Below, one piece after another: positions 8,509-21,645 of a DNA stretch of 64,000 bases. The position numbers were made by a program, and so were the translations under genes. The first letter of the stretch is position 1. Each line of letters opens with the position of its first letter. A model generated the notes under the pieces. The model had not been told where the DNA came from. It saw only the letters and a list, made by a program, of their open reading frames with translations, and ran no database searches. Where the stretch lies: assembly GCA_964019335.1 (NCBI GenBank), contig OZ025673.1, positions 1-64,000 on the forward strand, written 5' to 3'. The stretch is from Diplonema japonicum (Eukaryota > Protista > Euglenozoa: Diplonemea).

Positions 8509-11500
8509 CTATTCAAAGAGCTCATCCATAATCTTCTTGTGTTCGGCGTTGTGGATGCCCTGCAGGTGTATAAGGGGTTGAGGGTTGATAATGCATACAA
8601 GATGTCCTGTGGCTGGTGAGGCAGCAGCCGCCCTGCCAATGTAACGAAGCTTGCCCGACTGCAGCCCGGCGTCCTTCACGATGTTTCTCACTCTGGGGCG
8701 TGCATGGCTCCACGCTCCCATGTTCTTCGGCTCTTCCTGCAGCCACACAAATTCTGCGTTGCTGTACTTAGTCAGGATGTCAGCAACCTCTTGGAAGGGG
8801 AAAGGCGCAAGCTGTTCAACCCTCACCAATGCAACGTCCCATCGACCTCTTTTCTTTCTCTCGTCCACAGCCTTGAAGTAGATCTGTCCAGTACACAACG
8901 CCACCCTTTTCACCAAAATAGGTGGTGCAACAAGATCTTTAGAGCCATCATCGATCACTATGGTGTAGTAAGACACGTGCTTCACGCATACCAAGAGAGA
9001 ATGATGTGTCCAGTGCGAACTCATCCAAGTTGCTTGTGTTCGGCGCCCGAAGTCCTGCCTTCGACCTGTGGAATGTTCGCTGGTTTGAAATAACATACAC
9101 AATGCAAATAAGCGGCTTCCTGAACTCCCTGTGCACTTGACGCCTCAGCAGATGGAAGTACTGTGCTGGGGTCGAGGGGTACGCCACCTGAGTAGTTAAG
9201 CGAAAGAGGGGCTCATACCTGCCAATTGCATCGCATGATGGCCTGCTCCGAGACAGAGAGGTCACTGGATGTCCTGTCGTAGGTGTCCATGTTGGGCACG
9301 TCCTCGTCTTCATCAGCCATGATCAAGAACCTTTCCAACCTCGACGACGAGTGCTCTGGTCCTTGCCCATCGTAGCCGTGGGGGAGCAGGACAACCAGAC
9401 CGCACTGCCTGACCCACTTGGCCTCACCAGACGAGAGGAACTGATCAAAGATGACCTGCGCGCCGTTGGCAAAATCACCGAACTGAGCCTCCCACAACAC
9501 TAAAGAAGCGGGATTCTCCATGCTGTAGCCAACCTCGAAACCAAGGACACCATATTCGGAAAGAGACGAGTTACACACCTCGAAGTGGGCCTGCGTTTTG
9601 TGCAGGTTCCCCAAGGGGCAGTAGGTGGTGGCATTAACGAAGTCATGAAGCACGGCGTGCCTGTGCGAGAAGGTGCCCCTCTCCACATCCTGACCACTGA
9701 GCCTCACGTGGTTGCCTTCAAGAAGCAAGGTAGCGTATGCTAAGGCCTCAGCTGTGCCCCACTCGATGTTAGTACCTTCAGTGATGTTCTTCTCGTTCTT
9801 CGTAATGATAGACTTCAACTTGCTGTGGGGAGTAAAGTCCGCAGGGAGCTTGCACAACTGAACACCGATCTCTTTCAACTTCTCAACAGAAACACCAGTG
9901 CTCTTGAGGAAGGCAAGCTGTGTGCTGGTGCGGTAGTATTCCCAACGGGACTCCAGCCAGTCCTCCTTCTTCGGATGGTAATTCTTTGCCTCTTTGTACT
10001 CTTTCTTTAACATGGCGTCGATGTCGCTGCGCACAGTCTGTAACTCGCCCTTGCTGACAACATTCTCGCCAAGGAGCTGTTTCTCGTAAATCGTTAGGAC
10101 AGAAGAGTGGTTTTTGATGACCTTGTACATAAGGGGCTGTGTGAACATGGGTTCGTCTTTCTCGTTATGGCCGTGCCTTCTGTAGCACACGATATCGATG
10201 ATGACGTCTTTCTTCCACTTCTGACGGAACTCCATGGCCATCTCGCACACTCGGACAACGCTCTCGGGATCGTCACCATTGACGTGGAAGACAGGGTGGC
10301 CCTGCTTCGCAATGTCTGTGCAGTATGGGGAGGAGCGGTTGTCCTGCGGGTTAGTTGTGAATCCAATCTGGTTGTTCACAACAATGTGAATCGTACCACC
10401 ACATGTGTACCTGTAGAGGTTCGCAAGTCCCATGGTCTCGTAGCAGATGCCCTGCCCAGAGAAAGCAGCGTCACCATGGAGCAGGATGGGTACAGATTTT
10501 GATCCCTCATGATCCTTGGCGTACCGCTGCTTGGCGCGTGTCTTCCCCGCGACAACAGGGTTCACAGCCTCAAGATGGCTGGGGTTGGCCACCAGGGACA
10601 CTGTAATAGACTTCCCGTCCCTCATAACCCTATCCTGCACGGTTCCAAGATGGTACTTGACGTCACCGCTGCCGAACTCATTCTCAGGCAACACATCTTC
10701 AAATTCGTGAAGGATCTGCTTCAGAGGCTTACCACAGACGTTCGATAGGACATTGAGTCTGCCTCGGTGGGGCATTCCAATGACCACGTCCTCGACACCC
10801 ATGTTAGCAGCCTTCTCGATCATGGCGATCATCCCCGGAATCAGCGAGTCACCGCCGTCAAGCCCGAACCTCTTCGTTGGGTACTTCACATGCAGAAAGC
10901 CTTCGAAAAGCTCCGCAGAGGCAAGATCTTTGAGAATTCTCTTTCGCTTTTCAACAACAGGGGTGATCTCTTCCCTGGCTGGGAGCTCAAGTCGGTCACG
11001 GAGCCACCTGGTTGTCTCTCTATCAGGAATGTGCATGAACTCCCAGCCGATACGGCCGCAGTAGATCTCCCTGAGTTTTGCAACAAGCTGCCTCAGGGAC
11101 ATTCTGTCGCCTTTGGAGAAGAAGCCACCGATATCCTCATGCATTTGCACCCTAAACGTCCTGTCCATGTCCTCCTCCGTGAACCCGAAGTAGGCAGGGT
11201 CGAGCTCGTCGGGGACAGTGCCGCTTCGGTCGATACCGTTCTGGAGGAGGCCCAAAGGGTCCAGGTCGCACATCAAGTGGCCCCTGACGGAGAAGGCCCT
11301 GATCATCTGAGCAACCTTGATGGCGTCTCTAATCTCTTCGGGAGTGGCACTCCTGTCAGACTCCTTCAAAGGCCTTGGCACAGCGGAAGTGAGGATAGGC
11401 ATGTCGAGGTCAGGCTGCTCATTGATGTCAGCTATCGCTCGCGACAGACCAGGCTCTATCTCCTCACCCTGCTGTTGCCTCTCTGTAAGATCCTCCAAGT

Positions 11501-11624
11501 ACGCCAGAGATGAACTGTTCAGAAAAGTCTCTTCATTTCTCGGCTTCACAACCCTTGTTGCCTGACAAAACCTGCCTTGCCGGGTTGTAACCCTTGCAAG
11601 CCCACACAGCCTGCTTCTCAACAT
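8509..11624 (-). CDS. OGDH: 2-oxoglutarate dehydrogenase E1, mitochondrial (4 introns: 9188-9218, 9066-9098, 8958-8991, 8560-8598)
   Basis: KRFGLDG, GMPHRGRLNVL, GDVKYHLG, HGDAAFSGQG, WEAQFGDF, QEEPKNMGAW, SPATG; removing the introns restores a continuous frame. Confidence 0.97.
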
Positions 11625-11717
11625 GTTCTTGACGATAGCCTGTGGTGATGTTATTAATGTAAAAAAAAAAGCACAAAAAAATAACGAAAAGCACTTGAGG
11701 ATAGGAACGGCGTTTTC

Positions 11718-12155
11718 TCAAGACACCATCACGTCCTCATCAATACGCAGTTTCTTGAACTGGTGTAGAAGGTCAGAAGTGACGCACGGCCTTTTTCCAG
11801 AAGGGGAGCACGAAGCCCTGAGGGGTCTTATCTGGGTAAGGCTGCAGCTGCAAACATTCTTGCACTCGGGGCACTTCATTGCTTCATTAAATGTGAACTC
11901 GGCGACCTTGTCGCGCAGTCTGTCTGTCTCCTCAGTCTTCTTTTGCACTTCTTCCTTCCATTTCTGGTCTTTTTGGCTTTCCTCGTGTCGCAAATGGGAT
12001 ATGATGTCCCTTTGGTGTTTAATCACCTCTAGGGCATCTTTTAGTGTACAGGGTAAGCCATCCTCTAACCCCTCTTCGCTTCCAACTTCGCTAACATCGC
12101 ACAACACCGTGCCCCCAATTTCAATGTGTACAGCTACATCGCATTCAATGTCCAT
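11718..12155 (-). CDS. Hypothetical protein with a coiled coil and Cys cluster
   Basis: 145-aa ORF co-directional with neighbours. Confidence 0.6.
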   Translation of the reverse strand: MDIECDVAVHIEIGGTVLCDVSEVGSEEGLEDGLPCTLKDALEVIKHQRDIISHLRHEESQKDQKWKEEVQKKTEETDRLRDKVAEFTFNEAMKCPECKNVCSCSLTQIRPLRASCSPSGKRPCVTSDLLHQFKKLRIDEDVMVS

Positions 12156-12711
12156 TTATCCTAACAAAATATTGAGTGACGTACTGAGCACACAGCTATA
12201 AAGGGAGGGAAGACAGGAAAAAGGAGACATGGTCACCGAAGACATGTCAACCTAAAGCTGAACAAGGAGAGTTCGACCTTCCAAAAGGTTAACAACAATT
12301 ATACTTCAGCTTCCAATTTTTGACAAATAGGAAAGCAAAGGGGGTAAAATGGGAGAGAAAAAAGCAAAGAGGAGGGAGAAAATGAGAAAGGGTACGTGGG
12401 TACGTGGGAGGGCGATAAAAAGAAAGTGAGGAATGAAAAACTCTAAGGGATGGGCAGGGTAAGAAGGTCATCTGATTTATACTTTTCTAAGTTAGTGTCT
12501 AGGATGGCCGATCTACTACGGAGGGATCATCTACATGTGCGATATGCTCTTTTGGCGGAGCTGCAACCCCTTGTTGTGGAACAAGGAGCTGATCAAACCT
12601 GCCATCCGGACACTTGATAGTGTCCACGTTCGAGGGGTTGTGGGTTCTATATACTTTAGGTTCTTAATGTGAACATGACTCTAAGGGAGGGGGGAACGTT
12701 TCTTAGTTTGT

Positions 12712-14369
12712 CTATGGGAGAGGGACGCTGTCGGTGAACTGTTTGTAGGTTGTGAGTGAAGGTGATGCATGGCATACCATAGAAGGGGGGGGCGACAAAG
12801 GGCCGTCTTCCGCATCAGCCCAAGAACCCATGTATTGCGTCCTGCCGCACACCTCCTTCCTCTTGACAGGTGTTCTGACTTCTTTGGCTTCCGTGTTGAC
12901 CACCCAGGTCTCCTTTCCATTCTCGGACTTTTCTTTCTGGGCCTGCGGTGGTGCAGCGGGTGCCTGCTTCTGCTTACTCACATTATTAACATAAGCAGCG
13001 GTAGAAGCAGGCAGCGGCAAGGTCGACTTCGACGTGTTCACAGGGACAGGTGCCTGCTGGCTCTTTGCCAGACGCGTCTCGAGCTTCTTTAGCATCTTAG
13101 GCCCATGGCTCGACATGTGGAACACTGACTGCACTGCTTCCTGCAATTCCCACAGGAGCTCATCAGGGCAATTCCTAAAACAAATAACCTACTTAAAAGC
13201 AGCATACTCAATCGCCTTCTGGAGCACAAAGTTTCCTGAATCGTGTGTCGCCACAACCACTCTGTTCGGAGGAGCCAGAAGGGCTCCGATCAGATCCATT
13301 TTCGACTGTACCGAACTACCCTTGTTCACAAGAATGGCCTCAACAACGTACGACCCATGCTTGTGAAGGGCGTACATGCGGACCTGATAGTGTCGAGTAC
13401 TCAAAAACAGCATACCTCTCCGATGATGATGGCGGTAGCAGTATCAATCAGGGACGGGCACAGCTCGAAGCACTTGGACACCAAATAGTTCCCGGACGGG
13501 TGGAGAATCAACTCAGGCAAGTGCCTCTCTGCTGCTTGAAACACTGCAGAGCAGTCAATGCCCCTAGCCACGGCCTGCTCCAAGTCTTGCTGGAGCTCCG
13601 TACACTGCCTGCTTTGAGAGATAACCTGAGTCAGTGAGTTCGCTGCGTTTGCAATCTTCTCCTCCAATGGCCACGGGGCAACGGTGCCTGTAAATGGTTT
13701 CACTTGCAAACCACATACCTGACTGCTGCTGCATAGTACTGTTCGGGAAAGATGCAGTGGCAGTGGAGTGGTACATTGAGGTGAACGAAGTGCCTGAAGC
13801 GCTCAGGGGAGTACTAGGCATAGAAGAGACTAATGGTGTCACAGGCTGCGAAGACTGAACATCCTGAGGGAACATCTGCTGCAGGTTCTCTGACTTTGTG
13901 TTGGGCAGAATATAAATCATGTCGCCAGGCATGCACTGGCGGTCGACGGGTGTCTGTTAGGTGGATACTGTTTTGCCATTGCGCATACATCATCAAGCAA
14001 AGGTGTCACCCTTGCCATCTGGAAGGTTTCTTGCAAACCAAGCTGTCTTGCGACTTGCTCTTTCACGTTTGCAACACTGCCACCCTCCTGCATCGGCACC
14101 CAGGCAACCCTCCCGCTCGGGTGCACGACGCTCATGTACGCTTGCTGAACAGGCGCAGGAGCCTGCGAGTAGGAGGCATAGGGCATGTGGGTTCCATTCA
14201 TAGATCCTCCCAGATGCTGGTGCTGTGAATATTATGATTTCCTGTTTAAATTTCACACCTGCGGAACAGCAAGCGGAGGCGGTGCCATGTGCTCCGGGAC
14301 GTCTGCGTAGGGGTCGAAGCCCAGTTCGCTCGAGGTGGACAGCCCATCTTCGGTCATCTGGCGCGACAT
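12712..14369 (-). CDS. Pumilio/PUF-repeat RNA-binding protein (5 small introns)
   Basis: HPSGNYLVSKCFE, HKHGSYVVEAIL, HDSGNFVLQKAIE and SSHGPKMLKKL repeats joined across GTATG/GTGTG..AG introns. Confidence 0.85.
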
Positions 14370-14455
14370 GTGTGGAATTTAGTTTCTAAAATCTGTGGTG
14401 CATTAGCCCTGGTTGCAAATAGAGCACAATCTTAAATAAATCTACTCTTGGCCGC

Positions 14456-15385
14456 CTAAAGGCAGCGGTTATACTTCTGACGAATACCAATAACGGGACT
14501 GGTGAGGACACAGCTAGGATCAAAGTTTTCGACGGGGCTGTCAGAAGAGTATTCAGCTTCAGGAATGAGAATCTCAACACCTGAGCTACACGGCCGGAGA
14601 GCACCGACCGACGACAATGTGGAAACGACATCCTCGGTCGTCATCTTTGCTTCTCTTGCAATGTCGATAATCGAGAATGCACTGTCGTTGCTTGAAAGCT
14701 TCTTTATGACATTAAAGCACTCTTTCAGCCACACCTTGCCATGTGCCACCCTTCCGGACAGGGAAAAAGGTCGCTCAGCTGTGGCTGCGTCACAATTACG
14801 TTGCTTTGCGAGGTGTCGTGATAACTCAATCATAAAGGTCCCGTAGCCACTGCGCCTATAAGGAGGAAGAACTGTGAAAACAGATATCGCTGACGGAATA
14901 TTATCCCATTTGGGTGCAACAGGAAGCGCGCTGAATGCGCCAACCAACTTTGGTCTGTCATTTTTGTCGTCCACGTAAACAGAATAGAGCAAAAAAGAGT
15001 CGAGGCCAAACATCACAGACTTGTCGGGAACAAAGCATGCCATTAAACAAGCCAATTTCGTTGCGTACATCCCTGTGCTGCCACTGCCCTGAAACTCCCG
15101 CACACGTATGTTCGAACTGACGTAAGCTAGTTCTCCAATTGGCGCTACGCACTTTTTCATGTGTTCTTGATATTTCCCTTTCTCTGCAAAGGGCTGAAAA
15201 CAATTGTGGCAGATATACAGCCCTTTCACCTTTGGCCACAAACCTTCATGCGCCATCTCCTTCGTGGGATAAGGAGTCACCCTCCGGTGGTGCTTGGGAA
15301 TCGCCATTATCCAATGAGGATAGACATATAATCTCTCTAAGCGATGCCCCATGTCCTGTGTCAGTGAGGCAAGCAGTGTGAACAT
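14456..15385 (-). CDS. MYST-family histone acetyltransferase
   Basis: LYICHNCF...HMKKC C2HC finger; VLPPYRRSGYGTFMI acetyl-CoA motif; AERPFSLSG. Confidence 0.9.
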   Translation of the reverse strand: MFTLLASLTQDMGHRLERLYVYPHWIMAIPKHHRRVTPYPTKEMAHEGLWPKVKGLYICHNCFQPFAEKGKYQEHMKKCVAPIGELAYVSSNIRVREFQGSGSTGMYATKLACLMACFVPDKSVMFGLDSFLLYSVYVDDKNDRPKLVGAFSALPVAPKWDNIPSAISVFTVLPPYRRSGYGTFMIELSRHLAKQRNCDAATAERPFSLSGRVAHGKVWLKECFNVIKKLSSNDSAFSIIDIAREAKMTTEDVVSTLSSVGALRPCSSGVEILIPEAEYSSDSPVENFDPSCVLTSPVIGIRQKYNRCL

Positions 15386-15400
15386 AAAAAGCTGACAACA

Positions 15401-18400
15401 TCAAATAATGTGCTCAGAAGAGGCCACAATACTATTACGCAACACGGCTTTGCCAGTGATTGGGTGCAAAAAGCTTATAACTGAAGAACGAGCGCTCCTG
15501 CCGAATGCCACCGCTGATTGCAGCGGTGTTCTTCCAGCGCTGTTTTCGTCATTCGGGGACGCCCCCATCTCGACGAGGAGCTGGACGGTCATCAAGTTGC
15601 CTAGCATAGCAGCTTTATGCAAGGCGGTGTCACCTTTCGGGTCACGTACCGAAAGGGCTTCTGGTGTTGTAAGCAACATCATGCAACCAGCGTTTTCTGA
15701 AAACCCATCAACATCCATCGCCTTCAGCAAAGGCGTCTTCCCATGATGCAGGTACACTCTCGACGCCCCAGCCTTGCACAACACTTCCACAACTTTGAAC
15801 TCAGACAGCTCGACTGCAACGTGCAATGGCGTCTTCATGTCCTTGTTCACTGCATCGACCTTGACGCCATACGAAATCAGCTGCTTGGCTATCTTACTGT
15901 GCCCACACGCAGCAGCTTCATGCAGCGCTGTATTGTCACTGTACTGCCTTGCATTCAGCGATGACGGTGTAGTGAGTCTGCGTAGAGCTGACCCCAAACT
16001 ATCTTCAAAAGCCTGTGTACTGTGATGCACCATGCAAACATACCTTTCTCGTCACAGCGAAGTGCAAAGCAAACTGCCCTTTTGAGGTCTGTACGTTTGG
16101 ATTGCAGCCGTTGTTCAGCAATATCTCGACAGCAGCCACTCTTCCATTCATCGCTGCAAGATGCAACGCCGTCGCCCCGTCAGTGGTGTCTTTCATATTA
16201 TTCAATGCCTTACTCAGATATGTCACTAGGTCCTCCACGAAGATACCTGTCGACGTATGTGACACAAGCAACCTTTGGTTCTTGTCCACCACATCAAGCC
16301 CAGAGACCGTTCTGATACCAATCGAGTTGAAGTGGGCATGGCGTCTGGAAGGAACTGTACCCGAGAAGCGATCATGGCAGCTTGTGCAATAACCCCACTT
16401 GCAGGTAGTTGGCGTAGCACAGCAGTAAATTGCTGTGTCAATCTTGTTCAAGTCACTTAAATCTTCAGTAAAGGTCACACTCATCTTCTTCAAGGGAGAG
16501 CTAGGAGTTCCCTTGGATTTCCCTAGTATTACTACGTCCTTGCAAGCCTTTGCGTTTGGCGGGCACGTCTTTCTACAAATGGCGCACTGCCACATGCGCC
16601 AAGGAGCCTTGTCCTGTCGTGTCACCTCACAGCCGCACACATCACAGCCTGATCGGTACCAATGTGACCCGACATCACACCTGCCACATCCGCAGCACCT
16701 AATGCATCCTGGGCATGCCTCGTCTAGCATTGCCTTGCGCTGTTTATCATCCTTGCCTACATTGATGACCCAGTCTGCCGTGTACTGCTGCTCTCGACGT
16801 GGCATGCGTTTCAGGGAAAGCAGAAGAGGCGGATGTGATTCTTCTAAAGCAGCTTCGATGATAGCTGCGTTGCCGGTACCCTTGCTGTGTGCTGCATCAG
16901 TACACAGCTTAGCGAGCTTTGTGAGCACCCACCTGCCGTCTTCCGTATCGTTAAAGCATGCAGCTTGAGCGGCAAGGTGCAGTGCCGACCTGCCACCATG
17001 GTTGTTCCTGTACAGCTGATCGTATGCATTCGGGATCCCACGAGCTAAGATCTTCTTGCAAGCAATGATATTTTGTGAAACAATAGAGCTGAACAGGTCT
17101 TCTGCACAAGGTGGTGGAATAGTAGCTGCAATCACGCAAGCACACAAGACGCTCACCACAACACTTGTGTCTCGACCTTTGAAGAAGACAGGCTCCATCG
17201 GCTTCACTCGTTCCCATTGCTGCGGTTCTGCACTGAGACTTTGGCGATGCGTGCCTGCAGGCGGATAGTACCTTTTAGTTGCGTAAACAGACAGCACGCG
17301 TGCGGTGAATTCACTCTTTTTTGCTCTGCATGTCCTTAAAAGGCTTGTTGCTAATTCGCGCCCAGTCTCACCAAGCAATGTGACCAGTACCTGCAGGGCT
17401 GTTTCTTTTGTCTGCTTGCTGAGGTTGCACAAGCGCGTCGCAACTGATCTATCATCACTGCACTGTTCGCTACTAATCATTGTCGCAACTATCTGATGGC
17501 AAAACTTCACCTGCTTGGCGGCTGTCACACGCAATACGCACGGCGGTATAAGGATCTCTCTGTCCTGGGGATAGCAGCTGTCCATTTCGGTAGGAATGCC
17601 TTGGTACTGCTCGATGCTGATGCACACGTTATTTGATGTGGCAGTTTGGAACCACCCCGACGAAATAAGCCTACTTCCTATGGCACTGCTAAGAGAGAAT
17701 GCTGTCATGCTGTTCAGTGTCATTTCGTCACCTTCTTCCAATGACATGTACTGAGCAAGTTCTTCGTCCGTCAAATCATACAAACATCTATGGACCGTGC
17801 TGTTAGGAGCACTTTTAACGCAAGACGCACGAAGAAGCGACACTGTATTCGTCCATTTCATGTGTGCAACCTCGCTGTGCATGCACCTGTTGCGCGTATT
17901 ACCCACACGGGTAACATGTTCGTCCCACCTCACAGCCTGTTCCTGTGACCACACACACCCGTCTGTCCATCCCATCACCCGGTCAATATCAGGTGCCTCA
18001 CACGAAAACAGCCGAGACAGCACTCTTTGCAAATTTCCATCACCAGTACAATCGACAACCTGCTGCAACCTGAGCAAGACATCAACAGGAGATCCAATAC
18101 TAAACGCGTTGCCTAATTTGCTGCTAGAACTAAGCTCCCATGTGTCTCGACTGAAGGAAGGCGCTATCAAGTTGTCTACTAACTCATCTACCACTGCTTC
18201 AGCCGCAAAGGGCGTTGCTTTTGGAAGCGAACTACATCGCAATGTAATGTCCATTGGTTGCTTCCATTTGTAAGTATGCATCCCGGGAGAAACTGCAAAG
18301 TCAGCTGTTGAGAAGCACGCATCTCGATCAGCGTCCATTACACCCTGCACCCAGAACAGTGACTCTGACACCCCCATGAGATCCGCTAGCTCGTCCTTGA

Positions 18401-21029
18401 AGCAAGATCTGCTGAACTTATCAAGCGAAGAGTTAACCAGAAAGACGAAAGTATGTTCCATGTTCCTACTCCCTGCCATGTGCAGCTTCAAAATTCTGCG
18501 CACATCCGAGTTGAACACGTGTACTATTGACATCCTTGCAGCAGCTTCGGATGAGATTAGTAGCACCCGACGTGCTTCCAGCATTGCACCTTCTGTTGTC
18601 AACTCACTTGCAAGGCACTTAGGTGTGGCATGCATGCTCTTGAAGGCATGCCGCTGGCCCTGTTCCTCTCGTTGTATATGATGGCGCTTTTCAGCCTCAA
18701 GATCGAAGGTTAACAGTGACTCGCAGCAAGACTTACACCACATGACACTACACCTGTTGCAGTGGAATAACCTGGCACGGCCACCACCGCCTTTGTTTCC
18801 CTTCTTTCCACATGACGAACATCTGCTCTTCCACGCCTCTCGTGGTGCCATCTCGTTCATTGCATGACCCATTTCACAGAAAAACGTGTGTATTCTGCTT
18901 TCGCGCCGCTGCGGCATGGCCGCCATCAACACTTCGGCATTGCCGCTCTTCGTGCGGCTTGCTGAGTGTACTAAGTTGATGGTTTTGTGTCGCTGTATGA
19001 ACTTCCATGAGAATGTAAAGAGGGGCTCCCACTTGTCTGGGAGGACGTAAACCACAGAATTCGTTGCAGAGTTGTCAACCCGTTGAACCACACCCGACCG
19101 CCATGCGGCCTGCATGGTATCCTTTACCAGCACACGCTCTCCGGGTTCCAAAGGTGTGGCTTCGGGCTCCTTCTTGGCTGAAGCAGAATTAGAGCGCGAG
19201 GACGCCCTTGAATTCTGGCGCGAACACTTGCGTTTCGGCTTGAACACTGCGTAGCGCACGAACTGCCAGGGATAAGAGTCGAGCCATTTATCAGGTTTCA
19301 CAAAGCATACTCCCTGCTTCACGATGCTGACGGTGCCTGTCTGCCATGGGTCATCCTCGGTGTCACGCACGTCGACTCTTGTTCCAACAGGAAGCTGGTT
19401 CTCATTGCTGCCATTATCAACATAGTCGAGGCCGTTCTCAAGAACTTTGAAGGGCCGGCTGATAGTGGTACCTGGGTGCACAATCGTAACATCCATGCAG
19501 ATGCCTGCGGCTCTCAGGTTGTGGCACGCAGCGAGTATGGCAGAGGGCACATGTACATTATTCGACAACGACGAAAGGAACACAGGCTTAACCTTCTTCT
19601 GTCTCTCAAGATTGTAGATTGCTGCAGCCCATAAAACAGCTTCATAAGCTGCCTCTAAGAGAAGCATCATCAGGGGCTCCCAGTAACTCACCTGCAGCCC
19701 CCTGTTGTCGATCTCAAGCACACCGCACGTTACATGGCATACGTACTGCTCATGAGGCGCGTTGTCCACTGTCACTTCCGCGTCACTGTGTAAACCGACC
19801 TTGACGTGCCCTTTCAGTGCGTTGTACTCTTCAGGACCTGAGCGTGCTAGCACCTTGTTTATATTCCCCAGGCCCATCACATTGCAATCGATGTCGCCAT
19901 TCAATGACTGCCAGAGATTACCCTTGATACCTATTTCTTTACATTTGTTGCGTATCTCTGTATCTAATGCTGTTAAGAAGTCAAGCTGGCGCTCTGTTGT
20001 TTGACCCATTTGATCTTCAAGTGGGACAAGATAGTTCCGAAAAGCGATAGCACCACCACAGCACGATGCACATTTAGCGCCGTCAAGGGAAGCACGGTAC
20101 CCCTCCACGCCGTCTTCGGGATGGCTCCCAGCTACGTACGAAAGACCATTGAAACGAGAAGCCACTTGGAAGACGGACCCGGAGTTAGCAGGGTCTCTGT
20201 GCAAGTCCATCCACGACTTTGTAGTGTTATGTAGAATAAACTCATCCAAAAGCAGCGATTGGTTCCCGTGCAACAGCTGCTCGCCTTTTCGTCGTAGTTC
20301 AGCGAGTGTAGGCACCCCCCACTTCCCTGCCTTCCACCTCCCGATGCGCAACGTCTTATCACTGCCCGTCTGCATAACTAGCAACCTCTTTTGCGTCTGA
20401 TAGTAGTCCTGCTCTTTAAACTTAAAGACATCAGAAAACCATCCCCTCCCTTCACACCGGCGCACCCTGCGCTTGAGACCAGTGCTGTCGTTACTTTGTT
20501 CCATTGCCGTAAAATCAAATATCTGCAGCGTCGTGCTGCCCTCATTGGCGGTTAAGTGTTGTGTCTGAAATACCTTGACACCCTTCAAATACTCGCTTTC
20601 CAGCAGAGCGGCATCCGTGTGATGGAAACTGTGCCATCGAGAGTGCGAGTCCTCCCACTCCCACTTGCAGTCTGTCTTGACTGGGCTGTATGATGAATAC
20701 AACGCATGAGGGCTTGCTTTCTGCGCAAAGTCAGCAGACGACAGTATATTCTTCACCTCTTCCTCCCTCTTGGCAATGTCCCTATGCTGCTCAGAAAGCA
20801 GCATTGAATAGTCTACTTTTAAAGTCTCCAAACGCTTCTTTGCACCCCGACCATGCCGAAAGTAGTCAGCGCAATTTCCAGTCTCGGGAGCTTCATCCAC
20901 GTCCCCAAAGTCATCGTAATTGTCGGAAGGAAAAAGTAGGGAGTCGCTAGCTAATGATGATAAGATCTGTGTCCGTCGCCCCGCCTTCCTGCCATCGCTA
21001 ACAGGTGCGTTGAGCGGGTGCAGCCTCAT
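15401..21029 (-). CDS. Large multidomain protein: WWE, macro-like, two Tudor/Agenet-like, Cys finger, ADP-ribosyltransferase-like and ankyrin repeats (intron 16013-16043)
   Basis: WEWEDSHSRW...RRVRR; FQVASRFN...PEDGV...FRNY...GQT; VGTRVDVRDTEDDPWQTG; VHRC...YPQDREILIP; TALHLAA repeats. The 31-nt intron joins ORFs 16005-21029 and 15401-16033. Confidence 0.8.
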
Positions 21030-21084
21030 GTTTCATTCCTGAGTAAGCTGCATAAGTAACGAAAATACACAAATACATTACAAT

Positions 21085-21576
21085 CTATACAGTGGATAAG
21101 AGCGCCAGTGCACGTGCAACAGAAGGCGTCACACTGTTGCTCTTATTCAGTATGTGTGACGTTAGGTACTCGCTGCCCTGGTAGATGAAATTGATGAGGT
21201 GAACTGCCTCACGATGTGCCTCTGACGAGCAGTGAGGAGAGGACCTTGCGAACAGAAGTCGCGAAGCAGCGGTTCGCATAGTTATGTCCAAACCCTGTAA
21301 GCACTCAAGCGCAATCAGCATATGTTCTTCAGCTGTTTTCCCACGTAGTTTAATGATTTCCTTTCGTTCTTTTTGCTGCACTGTCTTCTGTGCCTCGAAC
21401 CTTTCGTTCAATACTAAGATCAATTCCTCCTCTTTTCCTTCCCACTCACCAAACAGTTCTACGATTCCCGTCATCATTGAAGGCTCGTTTGCCAGTATCA
21501 ACTCAATAGCCTCGCGATGCAGCTGCTTTTTCATCAACACCTTCTCCATCGCGGCAGTCCCGTGCCCATGGTTCAT
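21085..21576 (-). CDS. Hypothetical protein
   Basis: 163-aa ORF with a CAG acceptor 5 nt before the ATG. Confidence 0.65.
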   Translation of the reverse strand: MNHGHGTAAMEKVLMKKQLHREAIELILANEPSMMTGIVELFGEWEGKEEELILVLNERFEAQKTVQQKERKEIIKLRGKTAEEHMLIALECLQGLDITMRTAASRLLFARSSPHCSSEAHREAVHLINFIYQGSEYLTSHILNKSNSVTPSVARALALLSTV

Positions 21577-21645
21577 TTAATCTGTGTGACTTCAATTTAT
21601 CAAAGCTCTATAAGTGCAAGACTATCATTTCTGAGAAAAGAAACG

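Noticed and set aside
12500-12640. HDV-like or hammerhead ribozyme
   Set aside because: No CC-containing L3 loop for P1.1 and no CUGANGA/GAAA core.
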